The notes: a model not told the origin generated them from the sequence alone. Numbered from the stretch's first letter, positions 1-12,797 are shown. The stretch: DNA of 64,000 bases from Octopus sinensis (GCF_006345805.1 NC_043002.1:85808001-85872000); one strand, 5' to 3'. A program made the numbers and translations.

Positions 1-49
1 CATACGTACATATATAAATAAATGGATATGTATGTGTGTGAGTATATCA

Positions 50-545
50 TCATTCATCATCATCATCATTCATTTAGCGTCCGTTTTCCATGCTAGCATG
101 GGTTGGACGGTTCAACTGGGGTCTGGGGAGCCCGAAGGCTGCACCAGGCCAGTCAGATCTGGCAGTGTTTCTACAGCTGGATGCCCTTCCTAACGCCAAC
201 CACTCCGAGAGTGTAGTGGGTGATTTTATGTGCCACCGACACAGGTGCCAGACGAGACTGGCGAACGGCCATGCTTGGATGGTGTTTTTTTATGTGCCAC
301 CGACACAGGTGCCAGACGAGGCTGGCAGACGGCCACGCTCGGATGGTGTTTTTATGTGCCACCGACACAGGTGCCAGATGAGGCTGGCGAATGGCCACGA
401 TCGGATGGTGTTTGTTACGTGCCCGCAGCATGGAGGCCAGTCGATGCGGTACTGGCTACGGCCACGTTCGGATGGTTTTCTTGTGTGCCACCGGCACTGG
501 TACCACAAAGATACAAATTCCATTGATGTTCATCTATTTTGATTT
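50..545 (-). mobile_element. (GAT)n-tailed retro-repeat (SINE/non-autonomous RTE-type, family D) with internal ~62 bp tandem units
   Basis: (CAT)n tail then cgtccgttttccatgctagcatgggttggacgg...ggatgcccttcctaacgccaacc, then about 4-5 units of gtgccaccgacacaggtgccagacgag. Same family at ~2240-2395(-), 7263-7595(-), 8205-8515(+), 13398-13500(+), 20140-20205(+), 32010-32565(+). Confidence 0.8.
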
Positions 546-655
546 GTTATAGTTATAACTTAAAAATATACATAAATATATGTACACTGTGTATTTCTAT
601 CTATCTGTATATATATTTATATGTATATGTATATGTATAATTATATATTTATATA

Positions 656-696
<41 letters not shown>

Positions 697-925
697 TTAA
701 AATTACTAAGTCTCTCTAAAGGAGATTACGGCAGCGTTACTGGATATTAATAGTTATCGCCAACTAATATGGCAGTCCATAAATATAAGACTAAAGCTGT
801 CACTGATTAGCTTCAAGCAGGTTCGTGTGTCATATAGCTAGCTAGAGGCGATGGCCTCTTGGAGCTAATCAGCGACAGTTTTAGTCTTATATTTATGGAC
901 TGCCATATTAGTTTGGCGATAACTA

Positions 926-963
<38 letters not shown>

Positions 964-1079
964 TACATATATATAATATATATGTAAATAATTGTGTAGA
1001 TATGTTTGGTTGCTGGTTGTGTGGTTTGTTGCTGGTTCATTAGAGGAACCAGCCCCTAGAGTTCCCAGCAATATAATTG

Positions 1080-2140
1080 CTAGTGCAATTAAGGATATAA
1101 AACCAGGAAAAGCTGCTATGCTGTCTGGTATAATCATTGAGATGTTGAGAATATCTGATAAGGCAGATTGTGCACTAGTCACTCACACAATCAATCATGT
1201 AGCATAGGGAAATAATCCATTAAATGATTATCATAGTAATGTCATCATCATTGGCACAGATGAGGGGCTGTGTTTACTTGCCAACCACAAAAAGTTCTGG
1301 GTTCAGTTCTACTGTGTGTCACTTTGGACAAGTGGCTTCTGCAATAGCTCCAGGCCAACCAAAGCCTTGTGAGTATTTGGAAACTGAAAGAAGCTTTTCA
1401 TGTGTGTATGTGTATGTGTTTGTTGCCACCACCACTTGGCAACCAGTGTTGGTTTGTTTATATCCACATAACTTAGCAGTTCAGCAAAAGAAACTGATAG
1501 AATAAGTATCAGGTTTTAAAGAAAAAAATAGTGCTGGAATCAATTCATTTGATTAAAAAATCCTTTGAAGCAGTGCTCCAGTATGGCCACAGTCCAATGA
1601 CTGAAACAACTGAAAGATAAAAGGAGATCAGCTGCTACAAGAGCAAAGAAGATGCTCTAGAACCCAGGTTCTCAATGTAGGTGGTACCACCTATTAAAGG
1701 GATACTGGACATATAGAAGCAGGTGTGTTAAGCTTTGGGAGGTGGTGAGGTAACATAATTAGCATAAATATATTTTACCTATAGTTGTAATTATATTATA
1801 CATGATAAAACTAGTGATGGTTATTAAAATAAAATGAGACCTAATCAGGTATAGGCAAGTGATTAACTTACAATGTTTGAGGTCAATTTCCAGCTTTTGT
1901 CTTTATTAATTTTTAAAATCAATTCACTGTTAAAAGCTTAAACAATACATTTTAGAGTAAGATTTATAAATTATCATCCATATTAAGTTAATTTATTCAT
2001 GATATCTCACTCACCACTTCGGTAAGTGCTAGGCATAACTACTACTTAAGAGTGGGTGGTGGGGCTACAAACAAAATGGTTAAGAACCACTGCTCTAGAG
2101 GAAGGCAACCATTGCTACATTAAATTTGATGAACCAGTTT
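1080..2140 (+). mobile_element. Decayed RTE-clade LINE RT fragment split by later SINE and MITE insertions
   Basis: Pieces translate AIKDIKPGKAAMLSGIIIEMLR (1084-), ISCYKSKEDALE (~1627-1662) and EGNHCYIK (2101-). In order these match the RT N-terminal K.GKA.G..GI..E...YK.KGD....NYR.I motif series. Confidence 0.65.
1663..2092. mobile_element. hAT-type (MER5-like) MITE
   Basis: Termini cccaggttctcaa / ttaagaaccactg; 8-bp TSD ctctagaa (1655-1662) / ctctagag (2093-2100). Confidence 0.75.
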
Positions 2141-3623
2141 ATATGCTTATGTATTAAGTTCTGATTTAAGATACTGAATAACACTGTGTAACATTTTTTT
2201 TTTGTCTTTGGTCAGTAAGTTTTATTTCCTATTTGTTTCTATCATCATCATCATCATCGTTTAACATCCGTTCTCCATGCTAGCATGGGTTGGACGGTTC
2301 AACCGGGGATCTGGGAAGCCAGAAGGCTGCACCAGGCTCCGGTCTTATCTGGCAATGTTTCTACAGCTGGATGCCCTTCCTAACACCAACCACTATCTAT
2401 AAATCAAATGAAATTACTACTATTCCCTTCAAACTTTGCTTTTGTGATCTGAACATCAATGTTTTGAAACTAATCTTTTTTCCATTACAATTCAAACAGA
2501 TTCAGCACTGTGTTGCTGAGGCAGAAACATCATAATACCAAATATTCTGTTTGTCAAATGCTTGACCTTAACCACTTGAGCATATCGTTTAGTGCCTAAC
2601 TATATGTGCATCTCTGATCATGAGCAGGAGAGTATCATAGACATGTGTTGAGAGGGATCCTATGGATAAATGTAACAAAAGCAAAGTTTGAAGAAAATAT
2701 TAGCCATTTTTCATATTTTCTAGGGATAAGCAAATTGGAAATAACACTTGCTACTCATGGACAAAAATCATGTTACACAGTGTAATTGATTTAAATAACT
2801 GCTTTGGATATTACAATGTAGTTTTAAACAAATTTCTCTTTACTTCAGTCACAGAAAGATGGCTATTCTCCCTCCTCCGTACTCCCACACACTTCATTGC
2901 TGATTGCTTTTAGATAGGATGGCCAGCTGGGAACTGTCTTAGGCAATGCTTAAAGTAATTTAAGCACAGACTTTCATTTTATAATCGGTCTTTTATGTAC
3001 CCAGGAAACTGTTGCTGCTGTTAGTCTTCAAGCATTTAAATCCTTTGTGTGTGTTTTATTGTTGTTGTTGTTGCTGTTCCAACAAACCAAGTCTGTGTAA
3101 ATTCTATTAAGTCTGCTGGGGAAAGGAAAGTCGTCACACCTTTCCATTATTCTTCCACTTGACATTTCAGATGCTTTAATTCTGTGTTTTAAAGAAAATT
3201 TTTTTCCTCTCATCCATGTTACTCAAAATTAATACATTTTATACATTAATATGTTTACAAGCATAAACCACTGTGGCCAGTGTAAGCCATGCCTCATCTT
3301 ACAAGGCAATTTATCTGCTGTCTCATGTATACATGTAAACAGAAATACATACATACAGTCTGCCTCCCTGTAGCCTATAGGCTCATGAAAACAGAGTTTA
3401 CTCAGATTTCTAAATTGTTTAATCAACTGAAAATACAAGACTCCCCACTGAATGTGCCATCAGTCCATTATAAGGTTCATCCCTGGCTGAGTGGACTAAG
3501 ACAAGATGAAATGAAGTATCTTGCCTAATACACTTGAGACTCAAAGCCACAACCTACAATCATGCAGCCAACACCTTCACCAAATGCTTGAGTAGACAAA
3601 TAACTATTTTTCTCTTTTTACAG

Positions 3624-3726
3624 ACATTTTATCTTCCGTCTTCTTCATAATTGGGCGCTGTGCATACGCAGGACTAATGAGCACCCTGTTTGTCTACACC
3701 TCAGAGTTATTCCCCACTGTTGTCAG
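3624..3726 (+). CDS. SLC22 family (organic cation/anion transporter-like, MFS) gene, internal coding exon (TM10 + ELFPT motif); upstream exons lie outside the window or were not recognised
   Basis: Acceptor tttttctctttttacag|, donor |gtaagt. The 103 nt read xILSSVFFIIGRCAYAGLMSTLFVYTSELFPTVV(R). YTSELFPTVVR is the SLC22 signature after TM10. The exon ends in phase 2 (AG), which the first A of the 30988 exon completes to Arg. Confidence 0.93.
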
Positions 3727-4260
3727 GTAAGTTAAAAGTTCTTCAGCTTATGCATCTATTGTGTTTTGACATGCTTCTTACAATGGGAAGCACCAATTCT
3801 GTACCAGATGGGAATAGTGAGGCTTCTAAACTGGTAATGAACTCAACTAGAAACAGTGATGATGTTATGATATTGTTGTCTCACAAATATATTGTGTTCA
3901 CATATCACACCAGATTGTTTGTACTTATTGTACTAACCAGAGTAAATAACAGGCCAGTGGTATTAGTCTCAGTGTAAAAGAAGTGAGCTGTTGGCAGAAT
4001 CACTATTGCACTAAACAAAACGGCATTCTTTTATTCTTGTTTCATTGTTTCAGTCATTTGACTGCAGTCATGCTGGAGCACCACCTCAAAGGGATTTTTA
4101 ATGGTAAAAATTGACCCCAAGACTTATTTTTGTAAGCCTAGTACTTATTTTATTGAAGTATTTTTTTTTGCCAAACTGCTGAGTTACAGGGTTAGGGTTA
4201 GAGTAAACACACCAACATCAATTGTCAAGCGAAGGTGAGGGGACAAACACAAACACAAAT

Positions 4261-4308
<48 letters not shown>

Positions 4309-5074
4309 CTGGATAATTCAAGATCCTGGATTTCTAGCTTTGCTTCAAATAAGCTCTGCTTTCGTCAGTTGAATATACCACATTAGCACATAAATACAAA
4401 TATACATTCGGATATGTAAGTATAACGTGTGTTCTGTATATATTCCCTCTCTCTCTTTCGGAGAGGCACTGAGCAGCTATACGCACACATACACACACGG
4501 CAGTAACTTCCACCTACCCAAAGTGCCACACAGTGGGACTGAACCCGAAACCATGTAGCTAGGAAGATATATTTGTATTTATGTGCTAGTGTGGTATATA
4601 TATATATATATATATATGCAACAGATTTCTTTCAGTTTCTCTCCACCAAATCCACTCACAAGGCTTTGGTCAGTTCATGACTATAATAGAAAACACTTGC
4701 TCAAGGTACCACACTCTAGGACTGAACCGGGAACCATGTGGTTAGGAAGCAAACTTCTTACCACACAGCCACACCAAGCAGTATTTCTTCCAGCTTTACA
4801 TTCTGAGTGTAGATTTCACTGAGATCAACTTTGTCTGTCATCCTTTCAGAGTCAACATTCTACTATAGAAACCAGTTAAGTACTAGGAATGGTGGTGATG
4901 CAATTGACTATTCCCTTCCTCACCACCAAAACAAGTTCAGTGCCTATAGTAGAAAGGATTATTAACCTCAGTGTAGGTTGCATATACACAGGACATGACA
5001 GACAGGCAGTCATTAGAACTGTGGTTTCCAACCTGGGATCCATGGACCCCTGGTGGCCTAAAATGTCATTTATA

Positions 5075-5232
5075 TAGGAGTGGCTGTGTAGTAAATAGCT
5101 TGCTTACCAACCACATGGCTCTGGGTTCAGTACCACTGCGTGGAAACTTGGACAAGTGTCTTCTACTATAGCCTTGGGCCAACCAAAGCCTTGTGAGTGG
5201 ATTTAATAGACAGAAACTGAAAAAAGCCTGTC

Positions 5233-5271
<39 letters not shown>

Positions 5272-5480
5272 TATATAAGTTTGTATGCTTGTGTTTGTCC
5301 CCTCCACCATCGCTTGACAACTGATGCTTGTATGTCTACGTCCCCATATCTTGGCAGTTTGGCAACTGAGACCGATAGAATAAGTACTAGGCTAACAAAG
5401 AATAGATTCTGGGGTTGATTTGTTTGATTAAAGGCAGTGCTCAAGCATGGTCACAGTCAAACAACTGAAGCAAAACAATA
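5075..5480 (+). mobile_element. tRNA-headed CORE-like SINE (family A) with internal TA/TG microsatellite
   Basis: Head ggagtggctgtgt(g)gtaa...gggttcagt, then cttggacaagtgtcttctactatagcc, tail agcatggtcacagtcaa..actgaa. Further copies at ~1250-1620(+), 4030-4270(-), 4620-4775(-), 6190-6850(-), 10820-10975(-), 24865-25045(-), 27628-27900(+), 50250-50415(-). Confidence 0.85.
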
Positions 5481-5541
5481 TGAGAAAAAAAACACACACA
5501 CACACACACACATACACACACACACACACATATATATATAT

Positions 5542-5613
<72 letters not shown>

Positions 5614-5614
5614 C

Positions 5615-5671
<57 letters not shown>

Positions 5672-6445
5672 GTATGTAAGTATGTATATACACACATAAG
5701 GATAAGCATATTAGAACATTGCACAAATGCCTTAGTGTATTTATTCTGGTTTTCTGCATCCTGAGTTCAAGCCCCACTATGGTCAGCTTCATCATTCATT
5801 CCTTCATTCCAGGATTGATAAATAAAAGTATCTATCTAGAATGGTGGCTTAATGTAGTCATCAGGCTGTCAGACATAATACCTTATGGTAATTGTTCCAG
5901 TTCAGGGAGTTCCATGTTCAAATTCTACCAAGATATACACTGATGATAAACTTAATCCATCAACTGTTTTAATACCACCTGATCCTTGGGCGTATTTAAT
6001 GGAGTTCATTCTGTTGCAAATATTTGAGCCAAGTCTCTGGTATGAGGGGACTTTCTTCTCTCCCACAAGTCTTGGATGCCTTGGAGAGCTCAATTGAATT
6101 ATTGATAAGTGTACATGAATTAAGACAATGATATATTCAATCAGAGATTATGTCACCAGTTATAAAATAAGAGTATCATTTAAAATTTTTCTTTCTTTAC
6201 TTGTTTAATCAATGGACTGTGACCATACTGGGGCACTACCTCAAAGGGTTTAGTTGAACAAATCAATCCCAGTACTTATTTTTAAGTTTGGTCGCTTATT
6301 CTATCAGTCACCTTTGTCAAACTGCTATGTAACAGGGATGTGAACAAACCAACATCTTTTGTCAAGTGGTGAATAGAAACAAACACAAAGTCACACACAC
6401 ATACACATACATACACACACACACACACATGCACACACGCACGCT

Positions 6446-6479
<34 letters not shown>

Positions 6480-7832
6480 ATCCTTTCTGCTATAGGCACA
6501 AGGCCTGAAATTTGGTGAAAGGGGGCCAGCCAATTAGATCAACCCCAGTACACAACTGGTATTTAATTTATCAACCTCAAAAGAATGAAAGGCAAAGATG
6601 ACCTCGGCAGAATTTGAAACCAAAACATAGACAGACGAAATACTGCTAAGCATTTCACCCAATGTGCTAACGATACACACACACACACGTATATGACAGG
6701 CTTCCACACAGTTTCTGCCTACCAAATTAACTCACAAGACATTGGGTGGCTTAGGACTAGAGTAGAAGACACTTGCCCAAGGTGCCATGCTATGGGACTG
6801 AACCTGAAGTCACATGGTTGTAAAGTGAGCTTTTTAACCATGCAGCTATGTTGTAGATTTCAATATATTTAATTAGCATAAAGAGTGAAGAATGTAATAT
6901 TTGGGGCGCATGTATTTCTGCTAAGAGAGAGGATGATAGAGTAAGTGGTATTATTACTTTGGCTTCGTGTTAGTAAAAGGACATCACTTACTTACTCTAT
7001 CTGTCTATCACATGCTTTCACTCTTTCTTCCTTACTCTCAAAGGGCCCAGAATCTTTAATTCTTTGCTCTTACTGAAACAATGAAGGGTGAGCAAAACGT
7101 GATCCCATTGAGATGGCTGAATCAACCTGAGTGAAGATGTTTGATTGTGGAAAGACCTCTCAAACACCAGACCCCAAAAAGACATCACTGATAATGTCTT
7201 CAGATGTATCACAAAGATAAAAAGCCAACAGAGATCATCAGTAATTTCTTTAGATTCTGGTTTTCATCATCATCATCATCATCGTTTGACGTCCGCTTTC
7301 CTTGCTAGCATGGGTTGGCCAGTTCGACTGGGGTCTGGGAAGCCAGGAGGCTGCACCAGGCTCAGTCTGATCTGGCAATGTTTCTACAGCTGGATACACT
7401 TCCTAACGCTAACCACTCCGTGAGTGTAGTGGGTGCTTTTTACTTGCCACCGGCACAGGTGCCAGACGAGGCTGGCAAACAGCCACGATTGGATGGAGCT
7501 TTTTACATGCCACCGGCACGGGGGCCAGGCAAGGCTGGCAATGGCCACGATCGGATGGTGCTTTTTACGTGCCACCAGCACGGAGGCCAGTCGGGGCAGC
7601 AGAATAAACATTGAGTGGAAAACATTGAACAATGATAGTTGAGTCACTATGAAAATGCTTATTGCTGACTCAGAATGTGTGTAGAAAGGAAAGTGTGAAT
7701 TAATACCCGAGCAACACCTCAGTTATATACACCTATGAAAGTGCATGGCTTAATGGTTAGGGTATCTACCTCAGATCATCTGGAACGCTCATTGTCATAA
7801 CTGACAGAGTGCCAGTTTACATTTGTAAAGAC

Positions 7833-8130
7833 AGGTGGCTTAATGGTTAGGATATTCGGTTCACAATGATAAGGTCATGAGTTCAATTCCCAGTGGTATG
7901 TTCTGTCCTTGAGTAAGACACTTTATTTCACATTGCACTAGTCTACTCAGCTGGCAAAAACGAGTTGTACTTGTAGTACAAAGAGTCATCCTTTTCACCT
8001 TCTGTGTCACATTGAATTTCCCTGAGAACTACGTTAAGGGCATGTGTGTCTGTGAAGTGCTCAGCCACTTGCATATTAATTTCACAAGTAGGCTGTTCTG
8101 TTGAGACCAATTGGAACACTTATTGTCATA
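7833..8130 (+). mobile_element. tRNA-headed SINE family C
   Basis: gtggcttaatggttagg...gagttcaattccc...tgtccttgagtaagacactttatttcac; collinear with the copy at 47138-47458. Confidence 0.8.
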
Positions 8131-9660
8131 ACCTGTTATCATAATTTCAGAGTTTTTTTAGGATTTGGTAGATACAAAATTTTGCAGACTTCTCTTGAGT
8201 ATCTTTGGCATGTAAAAAGCACCATTCAAGCATGACTGATGCCAGTGCTGCCCCACTGGCACCTGTGCCAGTGGCACATAAAAAGCATCATTTGGGTGTG
8301 GCTGATGCCAGTGCTGTCTGACTGGCTCCCATGCCAGTTGCACATAAAAGTACCTACTACACTCTTGGAGTGGTTGGCATTAGGAAGGGCATCCAGCTGT
8401 AGAAACCTTACCAAATCAGATTGGAGCCTGGTGCAGCCTCACAGCTTGCCAGTTCTCAGTCAAACCATCCAACCCATGCCAGCATGGAAAGCGGACATTA
8501 AACAACAATGATGACAACAACAACGAAAGTAGAATAAAGAAATGTATGACACAAATTTCTGTGTTTGTAAAGTAGAGTTTAATCCTTTTAGTAACATTCC
8601 ATCTGGAACAGTCTTTGGTTCTTGGATACAAATTTTTTTGTAAAGTGTTTATATTTAAACAGAAACCTTCTAAAATAACTTTATCTAAGAACTTTTGTTA
8701 TGGTATGTTCCACAGATATTTTTATAATGGAAAACTTCATTTTGCTGAATCTTTTTAAATTATTGATTATTTCCAAAATTAATTGAAAAGCCTGGGCAGT
8801 ATATTTCATTAGAAATATTGCATTGATTAAATCAGTTGAACAGAATTGATAGCATGTATTATCGTAATGTATCTTGGTTTCTGTACACTAATTAAATTCA
8901 AAACAGGCAGGAAAAAATATTTCCATCATAAGGACACAGAACATGCTTGTGTTATATGTTTCAGCTACATGTGAATACTCCATGTGTAATTCGACCCTTC
9001 CTAGATGTATTTGCCAAAGAAAAGGGACACACAATGGAGTGATGCAGCATATATGGCTAGGTGCATGGAGAGTCATGTAGTTGGGATACAAACGTCTTAA
9101 TTACATAGCCATGTCAGCATCTAACCATCTACCCTTATATGCACCTAACCATATAATATATTGCACTTGCTGGAGAAAGCAGAGTTTGTTAGTCTTGCAC
9201 CTCCCCCACCCAGAGTCACCCTACTAAATTATTTCCCCTTTTCTTGTCACCCATGATGTAGCAACATCCTTACACCCCTTCTTCTAGAACAAACCACTTT
9301 TTTTTTTAAATCTGAAAAAATAATAAAAGATGTATTTGCCTTGATTAAGAGGAGAAGATTTAGTTAAAAGCAAGGAGTTGTAAATTTTGGTATTGGTTTA
9401 TGATTTACTGCGAGTGATTCTTTTTTTATATTATTTTTGCAATTTATTTATTCAAAATTAATGTATTTCATTAACAAATTGATATTGCTTGCTCTTTAAT
9501 CAATTCAAAGCATTGCTGTATGTCCTTTAGACTCTGACCCTTCAATGATCTTTTTTGACAAAATACTCAATAATTCCTCGTGCTTTGGTTATTGCTTGTC
9601 CCTTCTATTTATAATCAGATTCTGATTCTGGAAGAATATAATGCTTCTATAAATATTTTT

Positions 9661-9918
9661 GTGGAGGCACGTGGCTTAGTGGTTAGGATGTCAACATCAC
9701 GATCATAAGGTTGTGGTTTCGATTTCTGGTCTGGGTGACGCGTTGTGTTCTTGAGCAAAACACTTCATTTCACGTTGCTCCAGTCCACTCAGCTGGCAAA
9801 AATGAGTAATGCTTCGATGGACTGGCGTCCCGTCCAGCTGGGGAACACATACACCATTGAAACCAGGAAAACGGGCCCATGAGCCTGGCTAGGCTTTAAA
9901 AGGGTGCATTTATTATTA
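9661..9918 (+). mobile_element. tRNA-headed SINE family C, short variant with TSD
   Basis: A box gtggcttagtggttagg and B-box-like gtttcgatttc. 12-bp TSD ataaatattttt at 9649-9660 and 9919-9930. Same variant at 28838-29145. Confidence 0.85.
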
Positions 9919-9944
9919 ATAAATATTTTTATTACTACAAAATA

Positions 9945-10400
9945 AGTCAGTCAGCTGACAAAATTCTTAGCATGTTGGACAAAATGCTTAGTAGCGTTTC
10001 TTCTTGCTCTTTATGCTCTGAGTTCAAATTCCACGAAGGTTGCCCTTCATCCTTTCATACTTTCAAAGTCATTAAGGAGGCAAGCTGGCAGAAACCTTAG
10101 CATACCGGGTGAATTGCTTATTGGTATTTCATCTGTCTTTACATTCTGAGTTCAAATTCTGTTGAGGTCAACTTTGCCTTTCATCCTTTCGGGGTTGATA
10201 ACTTAATTACCAGTTGTTTACTAGCATTGCGCTAATTGACTGCCCCCACCTCCCAAGATTTGGGGCCTTGTGCCTAGAATAGAAAAGAATACTTTCAGTG
10301 TCATTAAAATAAGCACTGGCTAAACCCTGGGGTTCAATGAAATCAACTTACCCCATCTCCTAAAATTGCTGGTGATGTGCCAAAATTTGAAACCATTACT
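9945..10400 (+). mobile_element. Nested/tandem SINE family B copies
   Basis: gagctggcagaa...ctgagttcaaattc...gcctttcatcctttcggggttgataa...aagtaccag body occurs at least twice here, interleaved. Confidence 0.8.
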
Positions 10401-11540
10401 ATAAAGATAGTGTTTTAAGGTTAAAATTCTGATTTGTTATTCTGTACTTCCATATTCAGTATGTGAGGTAATCAATTTTGCATATATATAAATACTACAA
10501 AGAGTCAACAAAGGAGTTTAAATTGGTTCATTTGCTTATTTTCCCTTGCTAGCATTGGTTAGACAAATACTGAGGTGTTGTTTTACAGTTAGATGCCCTT
10601 CCTGTCACTAACCCTTACCTATTTCCAAGTAAGGGAGTTTCTTTTCTACACATCTTCAAAAGCCCAAAGTTTCCAGATGATTGGTTTACCAGGAAATGTT
10701 TAGCTCATCACTGAATGTAAACATTCATTTTCATACATATATTCACAGACAAACAGGTACATGCACACACATGCACAGCTGCATAAGCACACACATGCAC
10801 AGCTGCATAAGCACACACATATGGTGGCCTTTGTACAATTTCCATATGCCATAAAGCATTGGTGGTCTGAGGCTATAGCAGCAGACATTTCCCCAAGGTG
10901 TCACACAGTGAGACTGAAACCATAATTGTATGGCTACGAAGTGAACTTTTTAGTTATGTAGCCATTCCTGCACCTATTGTCAATACTGAACACTGACTCT
11001 TGGGCATTAAGCAGATTAGAGATAATTCTCTTACAAAATCAGACACCAGTATATTTCTGATAATATTCTTGGATAATCTGATACTTTCACTTGTCAGCCT
11101 ACTTAACTAAGATATCTAAAATTTAGTGTATGACCCAAATAGACAATAAAACAATTGAAGTGGATCTCAACAACAAATTTCCAACATGATAGTCATATCA
11201 TGTACTATATCCACCGATCTGTTTTGCTTCTGTATTATTCTAGTTCATGTAAAATAAGTATTTGTAACATAATAAGTGAAGTATGTATGTGTGTGAGTGT
11301 ATGTCTGTGTCTCTGTATGTATGCATATGTCTCTGTATGTCTGTGAATATATATATATATATAAACAATTGCAGCATGGAAGGTGTTTATAAGCCATTTA
11401 AAAACACACAAAACCATTAGATTTACTTCAACATTTTTAAATGGCTTATAAACACCTTCCACGCTGCAACTGTTTTTGTTTCAGAGCACAATTTCAGATA
11501 AGTTCACTTGCTATGCAAGTACATCTCTGTAATATATATA

Positions 11541-12797
11541 CAGGGGTTGGAAAAAATAATGGAAACACTTTAAAATTTCAACCAAATTTATTTTAATATG
11601 GGGTAGGACTGCCTTTGGCAGTAATTACAGCTTGAATTCCATAAAGTATGGACTCGTACAGAGTTTGAATTGTTTCCAAAGGAATTTTTGTCCATTTTTC
11701 AGCTAAAACAGTCTCCAGTTCTTGTAGTGATGATGGTGGAGGATATTGACTCCATACTTGTTTTTCTAAAATGCTCCATAATTGTTCAATAATATTGAGA
11801 TCTGGGAACTGTGGTGGCCAGATAAGATGTCCAACTTCACTAGAATGTTGCTTGTGCCATTCAGTAACAACCTTAGCTGTGTGAATTGGTGCATTATTAT
11901 CCTGAAAGATTGTGTTTCCCTCCAGTAACAGTTCCACAACCATAGGATGAATTTGATCAGATAAAATGCTTAAATAGTCTTGACTATTAATTCTGCCATG
12001 AAGGAAACCATTGGGCCAGTGGATTTCCAAGATATAGTGACCCAGATCATCACAGATCCTCCTCCATGTTTAATAGTTGAAAGAAGGCAGTCTGGGTCAT
12101 ATGCATCTTCTGGCTGTTTCCACATGTATACTCAGCCGGTGGTCAGAAATAAGGTAAAAGATGACTTGTCCGAGAAAATAACATTCTTCCACTACTCTAG
12201 GGACCAATTCTGTAGGTTCTTACTACACTCTAAATGCTTTGCAACATTTGATATTGAAAGTAGCGGAATTCTGATTGCAGCCTTCCCGTGAAATCTGGCT
12301 TTATGCAGCTGCCGGTAAACAGTTTTTTTGGAAACTGGGTTCTCAAGGTGGTCATTAAGCTTTGCAGTAATTTTGGGAGCTGTACTTTTGTGATCCTTTC
12401 TAACAATTCGCATAAGATTCTGACAGTCTCTATCTGAAAGTTTTGGTTTTCTTTTGGAGTTTTGTTTTGATGAGGAGGTTTTCTCTCTTTCTCAAAGGCT
12501 GTCATTACTTTCGAGACAGTACTTCTTGATACACCAAACATTTCGACTGTTTTTGTTATGCTAGCGCCTGCCATACGAGCACCAACAATTTGACCTCTTT
12601 GAAAGTCCAATAGATCTGTCATTTTAATGAATTTTATTTACCTTTTTCTGATGATATCTGAAAAGAAACAGCAATTTTAACAAAACATATTAAACAACAC
12701 TAATAAGTCAAAAAACATAAAAAGAAACAAGCCTTTGACAGTTTCAAAATTATGATGCTATGATGCTAGGTGTTTCCATTATCATGTCCAACCCCTG
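11541..12797 (-). mobile_element. Full-length decayed Tc1/mariner transposon (DD36E, Incomer-like)
   Basis: 28-bp TIRs caggggttggaaaaaataatggaaacac / gtgtttccattatcatgtccaacccctg, TA on both sides, 1257 bp, enclosing a transposase pseudogene. Confidence 0.93.
11593..12622 (-). pseudogene. Tc1-family transposase pseudogene (frameshifts and stops)
   Basis: MTDLLDFQRGQIVGARMAGAS (paired-like HTH), W*.VIFSDKSSF, KHGGGSVMIW, FQDNNAPIH...WPPQFPDLNIIEQLW...AKGSPTPY* spread over three frames, with in-frame TAG/TGA stops. Confidence 0.92.

Noticed and set aside
225-505. CRISPR-like regular repeats
   Set aside because: Whole ~62 bp units are repeated with no unique spacers, they are part of a dispersed eukaryotic repeat, and there are no cas genes.
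3690-3977. 95 aa ORF overlapping the first SLC22 exon
   Set aside because: Wrong frame for the ELFPT motif and runs through the donor site into the intron.
4188-4201. Telomere-like gggttagggttag
   Set aside because: Only two units, inside a SINE; expected by chance.
5428-5795. Long Y/I/C/V/H/T-rich ORFs here and at 14.6, 21.5, 24.3, 29-30, 35, 50.3 and 57-58 kb
   Set aside because: Translations of (TA)n/(CA)n microsatellites, open in several frames on both strands.
7700-7735. Helitron 3'-end-like tacccgagcaacacc
   Set aside because: Too short, with no CTAG terminus or matching 5' end.
11790-11905. Reading the transposase as DD37E
   Set aside because: Counting from the first D of FQDNN gives 37, but alignment to the FQ(Q/D)DNAP motif places the catalytic residue one position later (mutated to N), giving 36.
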